A stretch of 64,000 nt of DNA from Candidatus Magasanikiibacteriota bacterium. Lineage in GTDB: Bacteria > Patescibacteriota > Patescibacteriia > Magasanikbacterales > UBA922. The position numbers and the translations under genes were made by a program. The stretch lies in contig CAILTG010000021.1 of assembly GCA_903837125.1 (NCBI GenBank), positions 11,627-75,626 on the forward strand. Reading direction: 5' to 3'. This document shows, piece by piece, positions 1-9,141 of this stretch (positions are counted from its first letter, which is position 1; the number at the start of each line of letters is the position of its first letter). The notes under the pieces were generated by a model. That model was given only the letters and a program-made list of their open reading frames with translations. It ran no database searches and was not told where the DNA came from.

Positions 1-320
1 AGCATGGCTACCTTTATACCATTACTATCTGCAGCAAAAGGCACTACACCTTTTGCGCGAGCCACTAATTCTGGCACTTTTTTCATTAAATCTTGGTCAA
101 TCTTTTCTCTACCTAAATTAACATAAACCTTGCCATAATACTCTGCTAAAGCTTGACCTAAAATATCCTTAGTGATGTATCCGCCCTCAATTAAGTATTC
201 AACAAGGCCCATCCCTGTGTCCTGCATGCCTTGTTCCACCTCTTTAATATCTTTTGCCGCCAAATAGGTCTCTCCAACCAAAATTTTCTTTATTTTGTCA
301 TCTGCTAACCTTTCTACCAT
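1..320 (-). CDS. Type IV pilus / type II secretion assembly ATPase (PilB/GspE family). Only the N-terminal T2SSE_N-like domain is present; the 3' end runs off the window.
   Basis: The reverse-strand translation MVERLADDKIKKILVGETYLAAKDIKEVEQGMQDTGMGLVEYLIEGGYITKDILGQALAEY... resembles the N-terminal domain of PilB/GspE ATPases. It begins at ATG (cat 318-320) and is not in the ORF track because it is truncated by the window edge. Confidence 0.5.
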   Translation of the reverse strand, partial: MVERLADDKIKKILVGETYLAAKDIKEVEQGMQDTGMGLVEYLIEGGYITKDILGQALAEYYGKVYVNLGREKIDQDLMKKVPELVARAKGVVPFAADSNGIKVAM

Positions 321-400
321 ATATTTATAATATACAAAAATTAAGTTTTGGCTAAACTGGCTTGTTTTATTATATCACAAACAACAAAACCTGGAAACTT

Positions 401-428
401 TAACAAAAAACCGCTCCTGTGTTATAAT
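401..428 (+). promoter_or_regulatory. Candidate sigma70 promoter for the histidine kinase / response regulator operon (-35 TTAACA, 17 nt spacer, extended -10 TGTTATAAT).
   Basis: actTTAACAaaaaaccgctcctgTGtTATAATaac lies about 90 nt upstream of the ATG at 516, in the divergent intergenic region. Confidence 0.35.
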
Positions 429-515
429 AACACCAATTAATACTGAACGAAACAAATTAAACAGCTTTATTTCAAATACAATATCTGTCTAAATCAATGC
501 TAAAACAATACAACT

Positions 516-1607
516 ATGCAAAATTGGATATTTAAAGAAATAACTGAAGAAGTGCGACATTTCATGGATTCCATAGGTGATGGTATATTAGTAGTAAATA
601 AAAATGGCATTATTTTAAGCTGTAATAAATCAATTTGTAATATCCTTGGTTACAAAAGAAAAGAAGACTTAATAGGACGTCCTACCCTACCCTTACTGAG
701 TCCAATTGATGCCAAGGGTACGCCTATTACCAAAAAAAATGCGGCCCTGTTTGAGTCAATTAATAAAGGACTAAAAATAATGAATGCTATTCGCCAATTT
801 ATTAAAAAAGATGGCAGTCGTTTATGGTCGTCTATTACCACCACTCCTGTTAAAGACAAAAACAATATGGTGGAGGGGGCAATTTTAATTATTAGAGATA
901 TTAATGAAGAAAAACAACAAGAAGAATACCAAGCCGATTTTGCACACATTGCCAGTCACAATTTGCGGTCACCTTTAGGAAATGTAATGTGGGCCACCGA
1001 ATACCTATTAAGCAATAAACCAGGAGTCCTAAATGAACAACAAAGCACTTACTTAAATGACTGTTATAAAACACTAAAAGAAATGAATCGTTTGGTTAAT
1101 GACTTACTTAGTATTTCCAATATACCCTATAAAAAAATTAAACCTGTCTACAAAAAAGTTCTTTTAGAAAATACTTTCGCTAAAGTGTTCAATGATTTGC
1201 AGTACTACGCCAGATCCCACAATATTAAAATAAAATTGATAACCAAAAAACAAAAACATTTTATAAAAGCGGATGAAAATCATGCTAGAACTATTTTACA
1301 AAATATCATTGAAAACGCTGTTCGCTATTCTTTTTCCCACACCGATATCAAAGTAGAATTTAAAAAAGAAAAAAAATACATTATTTTTTCTTGCACCAAC
1401 CAAGGTATCGGCATACCAGAAAACAAGAAAAAATTTATTTTTGCAAAATTTTTCAGAGCTGGCAATGCTGTCAATAAAGAAGGCCAGGGTACGGGGCTGG
1501 GACTTTATATTGTAAAAGAACTAATAAATTTAAACCAAGGACAGATTTGGTTCACTAGTGAAGAAAATAAAAATACTACTTTTTATATTAAATTCTTAGC
1601 TTATTAA
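516..1607 (+). CDS. Sensor histidine kinase with an N-terminal PAS domain
   Basis: PAS-like N terminus. HisKA H-box FAHIASHNLRSPLGNV. HATPase_c motifs NAVRYS ... GIGIPE ... GTGLGLYIVKEL. Confidence 0.85.
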   Translation: MQNWIFKEITEEVRHFMDSIGDGILVVNKNGIILSCNKSICNILGYKRKEDLIGRPTLPLLSPIDAKGTPITKKNAALFESINKGLKIMNAIRQFIKKDGSRLWSSITTTPVKDKNNMVEGAILIIRDINEEKQQEEYQADFAHIASHNLRSPLGNVMWATEYLLSNKPGVLNEQQSTYLNDCYKTLKEMNRLVNDLLSISNIPYKKIKPVYKKVLLENTFAKVFNDLQYYARSHNIKIKLITKKQKHFIKADENHARTILQNIIENAVRYSFSHTDIKVEFKKEKKYIIFSCTNQGIGIPENKKKFIFAKFFRAGNAVNKEGQGTGLGLYIVKELINLNQGQIWFTSEENKNTTFYIKFLAY

Positions 1608-1611
1608 ATTT

Positions 1612-1986
1612 ATGAAAACAAATAAAAAAATCCTGATTGTTGAAGACGACCTGTTTACCATTAAACTCTACACTCGACTCTTAAACGACGCTGGTTTTGA
1701 TACCATTAGCACCCCCACAGCTCGAGAAGTGATTGGTTTAGCTAAGAGAGAAAAACCAAATTTAATAATTGTTGATTTAATGTTGGTCGACGGCAATGGC
1801 TTTGAGGTAATTAAGGAAGTTAGATCAACCACTGGCCTCAAGAAAATTCCCATCATAACCCTCTCCAATTTGGGACAAGAAACAGACATCAACGAGGCCA
1901 TTCGCAAAGGCAGTAATAAATACTTTGTTAAAAGCAACACGCGTTTTGAAGAAGTAATAGAAGCAGTAAAAGAATTAATTCAATAA
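1612..1986 (+). CDS. Single-domain response regulator (CheY-like receiver)
   Basis: KKILIVEDDLFTIKLY...IIVDLMLVDGNGFEVIKEVR... receiver signature. Starts 5 nt after the kinase stop, so likely an operon. Confidence 0.85.
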   Translation: MKTNKKILIVEDDLFTIKLYTRLLNDAGFDTISTPTAREVIGLAKREKPNLIIVDLMLVDGNGFEVIKEVRSTTGLKKIPIITLSNLGQETDINEAIRKGSNKYFVKSNTRFEEVIEAVKELIQ

Positions 1987-3924
1987 TACTTCCTCGCCCG
2001 TCTTAGTTATCTTCTGTCCAGTAACCATATCATCAGCCGTGATTTTTACCTTGGAAGCAAGACTAGTTTGTGTAGAATTTTTATTATTTAAAGTCACGGA
2101 AAATTGCAAAGTCTCATTATTTTTATTGATTGGAAGATCATCAATGTTCCAAGTTATTATTTTTTTCTGACTGTCAAAATTAGCTTTTCCCAGTGGCACT
2201 TTTAAATCACCTTGATTCCAATCAAAATCTCCATATAAATCAGCCTGCAATTCTAGATTCTTTAATTCATGAAAAGAATTAGTTAGGAGCCAAAAAATTC
2301 TATGTGTTTCACGACCAGTGGCATCAAGAGAAACTTCATCTTTGGTTTGTAAATTTAAATCAGAATTAATCAATAAATTAATTGGATTACTTGTTATAGT
2401 TTTAACTTCTCCATTATTAGTATATTTTACCTGCGCCGTGATAACAATATTATTGGCAATAAACTGCGTTAAGTTTAAATCTAAAGAACTGCGAATTGGT
2501 AAATGCCAATCAAAATTTACTTCGTCTCCTGGTTTTAAATTGCCTAAATTAGCAACCTTTTCTGAATTCCAAACTATTGAGCCTCTTCTTATTTCTTCAC
2601 TCTGTTTTTGGCCGGTAATTGTGCCATCATTAGGATCATCCAATTTGGTCCAATCCATAATACTACGGTTATTATAAGCTGGAGCATCAACAATTAATTG
2701 TAGTTCAGCATTTGTTAAATCAACCGTTCCCGAATTCTTTAACATAATACTTCCATTCAAAATGTCCCCAGGCTGTACCTGAGCATCACCAACCGAACCA
2801 TTAACTGCCAAATTTATATTCAAATCATTGGCTACTAAATTCAACGGCAATACCTGTTCTTCCAAAACATATTCATTATCGTCTTTCCCATCTTTAGTAA
2901 TTACCACTTTAAAATTCAAACTACTGCTAGCAGTGCTGCTAACTGCCTTATATACTCCTCTTATCAAAAACACTTGATCATCAACTAGTGAAGAAATTGT
3001 CCAACGGTCCTGATTATTAAGATCAGTCTTCGGCGTACTGGAAGTTTTATTAAACAAATCTCCTGGCTGAAGTATTAGAGCAATATTTTTCAATTCCTGA
3101 CTAGTTTTATTGTGTAAAGTAACCTGATAAATTACCGGCAATCCCAAAGTCGCTCCTGTTGGTGATTGAATAATCATTTGCAGTGGAGAATTAATCATGT
3201 TTAAATCAAAACTAGCCACTTTTTGAAATTCAGAACTAAAATTAGCTGGTACATAATTTAAAAAAAACCTAAACGACTGTTGTTCATTGAGATTACCATA
3301 AATTTTTCCCCGAATATCTATATAACCACTCGACTGATTATTAATAGAACCCAAAATCCATTCATCATGTGTATCATTGGTGGCAGCAATGCTACTACTC
3401 ACAAATACAAAACCAGCCGGATAACGCACTTGTAAACTAACCTTACTTAAAGGAATATTTTGATTATTACGATACATCACACGGTACTCTACATCTTGGC
3501 CAATGGTTATTTTATTATCCCCAGTTATAGATAAAGTTACTTCGTCTTCTGCAAATCCTGTTTTTGGTTGCCAAAAGAAAAAACCAGCCCAAGCCACGGC
3601 ACCCAAAAAAAGACAGGAAAACAAAAGTGTTAAAAAAGCTCTGAGCAATCCCGATCCTTGTCTTTTTTTAAACTCTTTCATATCGGGCATTGTACCATCT
3701 TCATTTTCATAAATTTCCAACAGTTCTTTTTTGATTTTTTTTTCTTCTTCTTTTTCTTCTTTATCCTGAGTTTCAACCGAATCCACCACACTCTTTACTT
3801 CTTCACTCTTTTTCCCCAAAGACACGTTTCCTTTCCTCAAACTTTTTCTAACAAACTTATGCTCAAAAATATCCATGCCTTCAGCGGCTTGGTCTTGAAC
3901 AATTATATTTTTTTTCAAAGACAT
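1975..3924 (-). CDS. Hypothetical membrane-anchored surface protein: Lys/Glu-rich cytoplasmic N terminus, one TM helix, large beta-rich extracytoplasmic region.
   Basis: 649-aa ORF with TM segment LLRAFLTLLFSCLFLGAVAWAGFFFW and no recognisable catalytic motifs. Contains a T10-11 homopolymer (around 3724-3734) within the KEEKEEEKK low-complexity stretch. Confidence 0.55.
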   Translation of the reverse strand: MSLKKNIIVQDQAAEGMDIFEHKFVRKSLRKGNVSLGKKSEEVKSVVDSVETQDKEEKEEEKKIKKELLEIYENEDGTMPDMKEFKKRQGSGLLRAFLTLLFSCLFLGAVAWAGFFFWQPKTGFAEDEVTLSITGDNKITIGQDVEYRVMYRNNQNIPLSKVSLQVRYPAGFVFVSSSIAATNDTHDEWILGSINNQSSGYIDIRGKIYGNLNEQQSFRFFLNYVPANFSSEFQKVASFDLNMINSPLQMIIQSPTGATLGLPVIYQVTLHNKTSQELKNIALILQPGDLFNKTSSTPKTDLNNQDRWTISSLVDDQVFLIRGVYKAVSSTASSSLNFKVVITKDGKDDNEYVLEEQVLPLNLVANDLNINLAVNGSVGDAQVQPGDILNGSIMLKNSGTVDLTNAELQLIVDAPAYNNRSIMDWTKLDDPNDGTITGQKQSEEIRRGSIVWNSEKVANLGNLKPGDEVNFDWHLPIRSSLDLNLTQFIANNIVITAQVKYTNNGEVKTITSNPINLLINSDLNLQTKDEVSLDATGRETHRIFWLLTNSFHELKNLELQADLYGDFDWNQGDLKVPLGKANFDSQKKIITWNIDDLPINKNNETLQFSVTLNNKNSTQTSLASKVKITADDMVTGQKITKTGEEVLLN

Positions 3925-3960
3925 AAAATTTTTATGAATTTTCTATAAAAAACAAATTCA

Positions 3961-6567
3961 TTAATTATCTTTTTGCATCACCAATCCCAATGTTTTATCA
4001 GTCTTTAACTGCCATTTAACCGAAGCTCCATTCTTTCCCAAATCCAGATCTTCATTTATACGCCAAACTGGATGCCAGCCATCAGGATAGATAATCAAAG
4101 AAGAAAAATTATCCTCTACTCCGGATTGTTTTTGCACCAACAAACTATAAGACGAAGACTGCTTACTATTTATTCCCAAAAAAATTGCCAACTGATTAAC
4201 CGACACTGTATTGTCTTTTTGCTTAATTACTTTAAAAGGTAATCTATAAGTAAAATAAACTTCTGATGTTTGCCCCGGCGGAGTGATAACCCAATTACCA
4301 AAAGCCGTTTTAGCAAATTCTTGAGTTATTCTAGTTCCAGTTTTAGCGTGAATTGCCACCTCTTTTTCTAAATTCAACAAATCAACGTCATCTTGGTAAT
4401 CTTTTTTTGGCACATAAAAAGCGTCCTCTGGAGGAAAATTAAATCCTCCAGCATCCAATAATTCTGCACCAAGTGGTACATAAATTCGTAAATAATCTAC
4501 ATTATTTACACCATAAAATAATTCCCCGGGAGTACCAGTATGATTGCGCTGGATAATTACTGTGTCAATTACCGAACCATCTTCCTGCACTACTGTTTGA
4601 TGTTCAACATTTTCTTTAATTTTAGCATCTGTTTTTTGACCATCTAAATTAGTATTTACCGCCAAAAAATAATCCTGATTATCACTATTTTTATCTAACT
4701 CACCAGTCCAACCATAAGTCCTAAATTTATTCTGCACTTCTTGATCATTAAAATAAACCTGAATTTCTTTCTGTTGCAAAGCCTCTTGTAATTCACCTAC
4801 CAAACGCACCACTTCCATTTTATCTAAATGCTTAAAATTATCCAAAAATTGCGTGGCCAAACCACCAATTACTTCCTTAGGTTTATTGGCAACTTTATCA
4901 TAATTAATTTCCACTTGATATTGAAGTTTGGCTAAAGCATTATCTGCATTTAAAGTTAAACCACTCTTTTCATCTGCCATTGGCCCCATTACTCTTAGTA
5001 GCCTCTCCAAAACAGAGGCATTAATAGCTATCACCCCGTCCACTGTGGTATTGCGGCTGTGCTGATAAAACCATTCCAATTTTTGAGCAGAAACCGCAAA
5101 ATCGGGAAACCAATTTGCATCTTGAAACTCCCAACGGCCATTAGTAAGTTGTAGTGGTAACGGAGGTTTAACATACTGATCTAACTGACCCTGTAAATCG
5201 TAACTGCCACCAGCCGGAATATTTAAATTAATTATTTTCCCCTTTATTACATCTAGAACTGCAAAACTTCCAATAAAACCACCAGTAGGACGCACTTCTG
5301 AATTATTTTGAAAAACCAAAAGATAACGTTTTAATTGATCACTACCAAAAACTGTTTGCACGGCTCCTGACAAATCTGCCATATTTTTCATGTCATTAAT
5401 AAAAGCCGCAAATAATAATCTAAAATCATTAAACGACTGCTGATATTCTACCGGAACTGTTTGAACATTTACAGCACTTAAATCTTCCAAAGCTGCTTCA
5501 TACTGCGGAATAGCACTGTGTAAATATCTGGTTAATAAATTCAAACGATCGGTTAAAACCATTTGAGTTGATTTTTGCGTTGTATCTATTCCTTGCACCA
5601 AATAAGAATTACCCAAAGCCAAATGTTGGCCAGCTATTAAAAGATGCTGTCTACTGGTAACCTGCGTACCAATTATTGGCAAAAGACCGGCCACATATTG
5701 AAGCACTGTATGTTCTTTATCCATTATTGAAGTGGCTTGATTAAAAGAATTTAAAGCTGAATTCAAATCCATTTCTGCCTGTGGAATATTTGATTGCATC
5801 GCCGCCACGGTGGAAGATTGTAAAGCCAAAAAACCACTAGTACTGGCTTCCACAATTCTGCTACTTTCATCTTTTAAACTATGATAATAAGCAATTGTGG
5901 GAAAAGGTAAACCTAATAAAATTAATAAAATCAAACTGGCGTAAACAACTTTTCTGAAATATAATTTGTTTTTAAAATCTTTTAATCTTTTAATTTCTGC
6001 TAATTTAAATAATTTTAATTTTTCCTTAAATGATTTTTTAAAATAACTAAAACGATAACTAAAATTTAATCCTGGTAACATTAATTTTGGCAAAACAAAT
6101 TTTTGTTTAGCTGATTTAGTTAATTTTTGTCTACCAAATTTTTTCTTTTGTGCTAATAAAATATTCTGCAAATCAAACTCATCATCGGCCAAGCTTAAAT
6201 CTTTAGTCTTAGTTTTTAATCCGTCATTGTGTTCCTTTACTAATTTTGCAAAATCCACCACTTTTGGTTTAAGTTTTATCTCCACCGGCGCTTCTTGATA
6301 TATTTGCACCCCTTGCCAAACATCAGCTTTTTTCTTATGGGTTAAATCTACTACATGAGGTGAATGACTATGTTTTTCTGAAAAATTGATAAGTACCGCT
6401 TTCGGAAAAACATTTTTTTTACTATTAGATAAGTTCTTTTTTGATGTTAAATTAGCAGTTTTTAAAACTTTTTGTTTAACAACACCAAAACTACACCTGG
6501 CACCATTATGCCCAGTCTTGCCACACTTTGAACAACGCCTCAATTGTATCCCTCTTTTTACAGGCAT
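3961..6567 (-). CDS. Hypothetical membrane-anchored protein with an N-terminal CxxC...H...C zinc-ribbon/knuckle motif and a large extracytoplasmic domain.
   Basis: 868-aa ORF. N terminus MPVKRGIQLRRCSKCGKTGHNGARC. Single TM helix around LILLILLGLPFPTIAYY. No known catalytic motif recognised. Confidence 0.55.
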   Translation of the reverse strand: MPVKRGIQLRRCSKCGKTGHNGARCSFGVVKQKVLKTANLTSKKNLSNSKKNVFPKAVLINFSEKHSHSPHVVDLTHKKKADVWQGVQIYQEAPVEIKLKPKVVDFAKLVKEHNDGLKTKTKDLSLADDEFDLQNILLAQKKKFGRQKLTKSAKQKFVLPKLMLPGLNFSYRFSYFKKSFKEKLKLFKLAEIKRLKDFKNKLYFRKVVYASLILLILLGLPFPTIAYYHSLKDESSRIVEASTSGFLALQSSTVAAMQSNIPQAEMDLNSALNSFNQATSIMDKEHTVLQYVAGLLPIIGTQVTSRQHLLIAGQHLALGNSYLVQGIDTTQKSTQMVLTDRLNLLTRYLHSAIPQYEAALEDLSAVNVQTVPVEYQQSFNDFRLLFAAFINDMKNMADLSGAVQTVFGSDQLKRYLLVFQNNSEVRPTGGFIGSFAVLDVIKGKIINLNIPAGGSYDLQGQLDQYVKPPLPLQLTNGRWEFQDANWFPDFAVSAQKLEWFYQHSRNTTVDGVIAINASVLERLLRVMGPMADEKSGLTLNADNALAKLQYQVEINYDKVANKPKEVIGGLATQFLDNFKHLDKMEVVRLVGELQEALQQKEIQVYFNDQEVQNKFRTYGWTGELDKNSDNQDYFLAVNTNLDGQKTDAKIKENVEHQTVVQEDGSVIDTVIIQRNHTGTPGELFYGVNNVDYLRIYVPLGAELLDAGGFNFPPEDAFYVPKKDYQDDVDLLNLEKEVAIHAKTGTRITQEFAKTAFGNWVITPPGQTSEVYFTYRLPFKVIKQKDNTVSVNQLAIFLGINSKQSSSYSLLVQKQSGVEDNFSSLIIYPDGWHPVWRINEDLDLGKNGASVKWQLKTDKTLGLVMQKDN

Positions 6568-6680
6568 GTAATTTTACAAAACTCTTGAGTGAATTGATAA
6601 ACTAATTTTATCTCTAAACTTAGAGAAAATATCAACTTATCAGCTAGTAGGTACATTATAGCACATTTTAAGAGTCAAAA

Positions 6681-6712
6681 AAAGAAAAACCATCCTGGGT
6701 GTGGATGGTTTG
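6681..6712 (-). terminator. Rho-independent terminator downstream of the asparaginase-family gene
   Basis: Stem aaccatcc / ggatggtt with loop tgggtgtg. On the minus strand it is followed by TTTTCTTTTTTT. Confidence 0.55.
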
Positions 6713-6739
6713 TTAGGTTATAGGTTATAAATCTTAGCT

Positions 6740-7936
6740 TTATCTTAATGTTCTTTCATGATTTGGCTCAACTTCTTTAGCTTGTTTTTCTAATATTTTT
6801 GACTCTCTAATTATTTCCCCTTTACTTTCACCACGTAAATTATGTTTAAGTAACTCTTTTATTTCCAAAGGATCACGTGTTCTGCTTAACACGTAATATA
6901 ATTTCATCAAGGCTTGTCTAAACCTCATCATTGATTCCGGTTTACACCATTCCGAACTAGGTGCATCTTTACGACGATTATAAAATACTACGGCATTATC
7001 TGAACGATTATCCTCTATTAATTTAAACAACTCACTTTCTCTTTCCACGTCTCTGTCAAAAATTAAAATTACATCTGCGTATCTCACAATATCTGCGGAT
7101 AACGGAGTTGCTATTCCGATCGGTAAAATTTTCAACCCTTCTTCCAATTTATGAAAATTTAAACTAGGCTCACCACTTGACAATAAACTTTTTTCATCTA
7201 AGATAATTTCACACTCTAATTTAAAATCAGTACTTAAACCATATTCTTCCACACTACTTTCATCTTCTCCGTGCCTAATTCTGCCAATTACTTCCTGTTG
7301 CTCTGGCTCATAAAAAGCATCTCGTTGCTGTGCATTATATTTGTGTGAATTATTTCCACGAATAATTCTTCCATAAAAACACAACACCACTTCTGGGATC
7401 AATGGAACTTCAAATCCTGAACGCCCAGCAAGATGTACTGCATCTACTAAATTTCTTGGTCCGTCAGACCCTTTTTTATCATTAACTTTTTCAATTCTAT
7501 AATTTTTTATTTCACCAGCGTTTTTTTCTCTTTCTCTATCAATAGCCGGATCCATTGAACCAGTAAACACCACTGGTTTATTTAAACCATCTAACATATA
7601 AGAAAGAGAACCTGCTGCATCCTCCATAGTATCTGTTCCATAAACTACTACAAAACCATCATATTTTTCGTAATTTTCTTTAATCCTTTGCCCCACCATA
7701 TTAAATGTCTCTAGACGAGCTTGAGAAGAATCAATAAAAACTTCCTTACCAGTGTTTTCATCTTTAGATTTTAATTCCTGCCATTCAATATCATAAGGCA
7801 ATTGGTCTACTTCTGGAATATTTTTTCTTAAATTCTCTAAAGAATCAGGTGTTAAACCACCACCATCTTTTCTCTTCATACCAATAGTTCCACCAGTATA
7901 AATAATCAAAATTTTTCTTGCTGAGGGCTCTTTCAT
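6740..7936 (-). CDS. L-asparaginase family protein (type I asparaginase / GatD-like)
   Basis: N-terminal ILIIYTGGTIGM (asparaginase threonine motif) and VVVYGTDTMEDAA (second signature). 398 aa, with a C-terminal extension. Confidence 0.7.
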   Translation of the reverse strand: MKEPSARKILIIYTGGTIGMKRKDGGGLTPDSLENLRKNIPEVDQLPYDIEWQELKSKDENTGKEVFIDSSQARLETFNMVGQRIKENYEKYDGFVVVYGTDTMEDAAGSLSYMLDGLNKPVVFTGSMDPAIDREREKNAGEIKNYRIEKVNDKKGSDGPRNLVDAVHLAGRSGFEVPLIPEVVLCFYGRIIRGNNSHKYNAQQRDAFYEPEQQEVIGRIRHGEDESSVEEYGLSTDFKLECEIILDEKSLLSSGEPSLNFHKLEEGLKILPIGIATPLSADIVRYADVILIFDRDVERESELFKLIEDNRSDNAVVFYNRRKDAPSSEWCKPESMMRFRQALMKLYYVLSRTRDPLEIKELLKHNLRGESKGEIIRESKILEKQAKEVEPNHERTLR

Positions 7937-9072
7937 ACTTTCTGAGTTAAATATATTTTTAGTGTTTTTTTAATAAAATCTTCTCCTGAATACCTTTTCA
8001 ATTCTTCTTTCGCCTTTTCTCGCAACTCCAGTCTAATATTTTCATCAGTCAAACCAGTATGTATAACTTCCGCCATTTGTTGATAATTTTCCGGATCAAA
8101 ATATAATGCCCCTTCACCTAATACTTCTGGTAAACAACTGGCATCAGATGATACCACTGGCACACCATACGTCATTGCTTCAAGCGGCGGCAAACCAAAA
8201 CCTTCATAAAGTGACGGAAAAACGTAAAGTGAAGCGTTTTGATATAGATTGGCGAGTTCTTCATCTGAAACAAAGTCAGTAAAAACTAAATTGTGATCTT
8301 TCAATCTTTCAATCTTTAAATCTTTAAATAATTTCTCATAAAAGAAATTATTCTTTCCCACCAACACTAACTGATAATCCTCACCATACTTCTCACCAAA
8401 TATTTTCCACGCCCTTAACAATCCTTCCAAATTCTTATGAGGATATGCATTACCTACATAAAGAACATACGGCTTGTTAATTTGAAATTTGAAATTTGAA
8501 ATTTGAAATTTATTTGTATCTTGATTATTGATTATTTTTGTAAACGGTGCTTGATAAATAACCACCATTTTCTCCAACGGCACTCCCAAAGTTTGATGCA
8601 CATCCTGTTTAGTAAATTCACTCGTTACAATAATCTGTTTGGCCTTTTTTACCGCATGACGTAACACTAAACGATGAACCAAATCTTTAAACCAATAAAC
8701 AAATCGTCCGTGCGTACTCGCCTCTTGGCGAGGATAATGATACATTATTAAATCATGAATGGTAACCACGAATGGTTTATTATAAAACAATGGTACATTC
8801 CAATGTGGAAAATGCATTAAATCTACTTGCTCTTTTTCAATTATCTTCTTAAATTTAAACTGCTCTTGCCAACTATACCATGATATATTTGCTTCAATAA
8901 TCTTAAAGCTGTTCGGTAATTCTGCACTCTCCAATTCTTTTGCATTTCTTACAAAAATAAAGTATTCACTCTCTTTGTCTATTTCAGCCAAACCCAAAAC
9001 CAACTCCTGAACATACCTGCCCAAGCCTGCCTGTTTTGGTCCATACATCCGCGCATCTATACCAATTTTCAT
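7933..9072 (-). CDS. Glycosyltransferase family 4 (GT-B, 'group 1')
   Basis: C-terminal EGFGLPPLEAMTYGVPVVSSDASCLPEVLGEG motif. Overlaps the upstream gene by 4 nt. Contains an in-frame (AATTTGA)x4.7 repeat encoding KFQISNFKFQI. Confidence 0.85.
   Translation of the reverse strand: MKIGIDARMYGPKQAGLGRYVQELVLGLAEIDKESEYFIFVRNAKELESAELPNSFKIIEANISWYSWQEQFKFKKIIEKEQVDLMHFPHWNVPLFYNKPFVVTIHDLIMYHYPRQEASTHGRFVYWFKDLVHRLVLRHAVKKAKQIIVTSEFTKQDVHQTLGVPLEKMVVIYQAPFTKIINNQDTNKFQISNFKFQINKPYVLYVGNAYPHKNLEGLLRAWKIFGEKYGEDYQLVLVGKNNFFYEKLFKDLKIERLKDHNLVFTDFVSDEELANLYQNASLYVFPSLYEGFGLPPLEAMTYGVPVVSSDASCLPEVLGEGALYFDPENYQQMAEVIHTGLTDENIRLELREKAKEELKRYSGEDFIKKTLKIYLTQKV
8469..8503. repeat. Heptanucleotide tandem repeat (AATTTGA)x4 plus a degenerate unit, in frame inside the GT4 CDS
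   Basis: aatttga aatttga aatttga aatttga aatttat, read directly. Near-identical arrays occur at 27652-27688 (inside argS) and 60077-60104 (intergenic). Confidence 0.9.
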
Positions 9073-9095
9073 ACCTCATTACTTTATCAGTTTTG

Positions 9096-9120
9096 GATAA
9101 AAAAAACAATCCCGATTGAG
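9096..9120 (-). terminator. Rho-independent terminator after the secreted-protein gene
   Basis: acaatcccgattgagtcgggattgt hairpin, followed on the minus strand by TTTTTTTATCC. A related hairpin (aatcccgactttatcgggatt) occurs at 40541-40561. Confidence 0.6.
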
Positions 9121-9141
9121 TCGGGATTGTTTAAAAAACTT

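Noticed and set aside
650-949. Numerous short antisense ORFs in the six-frame track (for example 650..949, 2318..2677, 15474..15692, 33543..33791, 52059..52310, 56395..56922)
   Set aside because: Each lies wholly inside a longer ORF on the opposite strand that has strong motif support. The translations are low-complexity and consistent with shadow ORFs in AT-rich DNA.
8469-8503. CRISPR array
   Set aside because: The tandem repeats here and elsewhere have 7-8 nt units with no spacers, and no cas genes are present. They are microsatellite-like arrays, not CRISPR.
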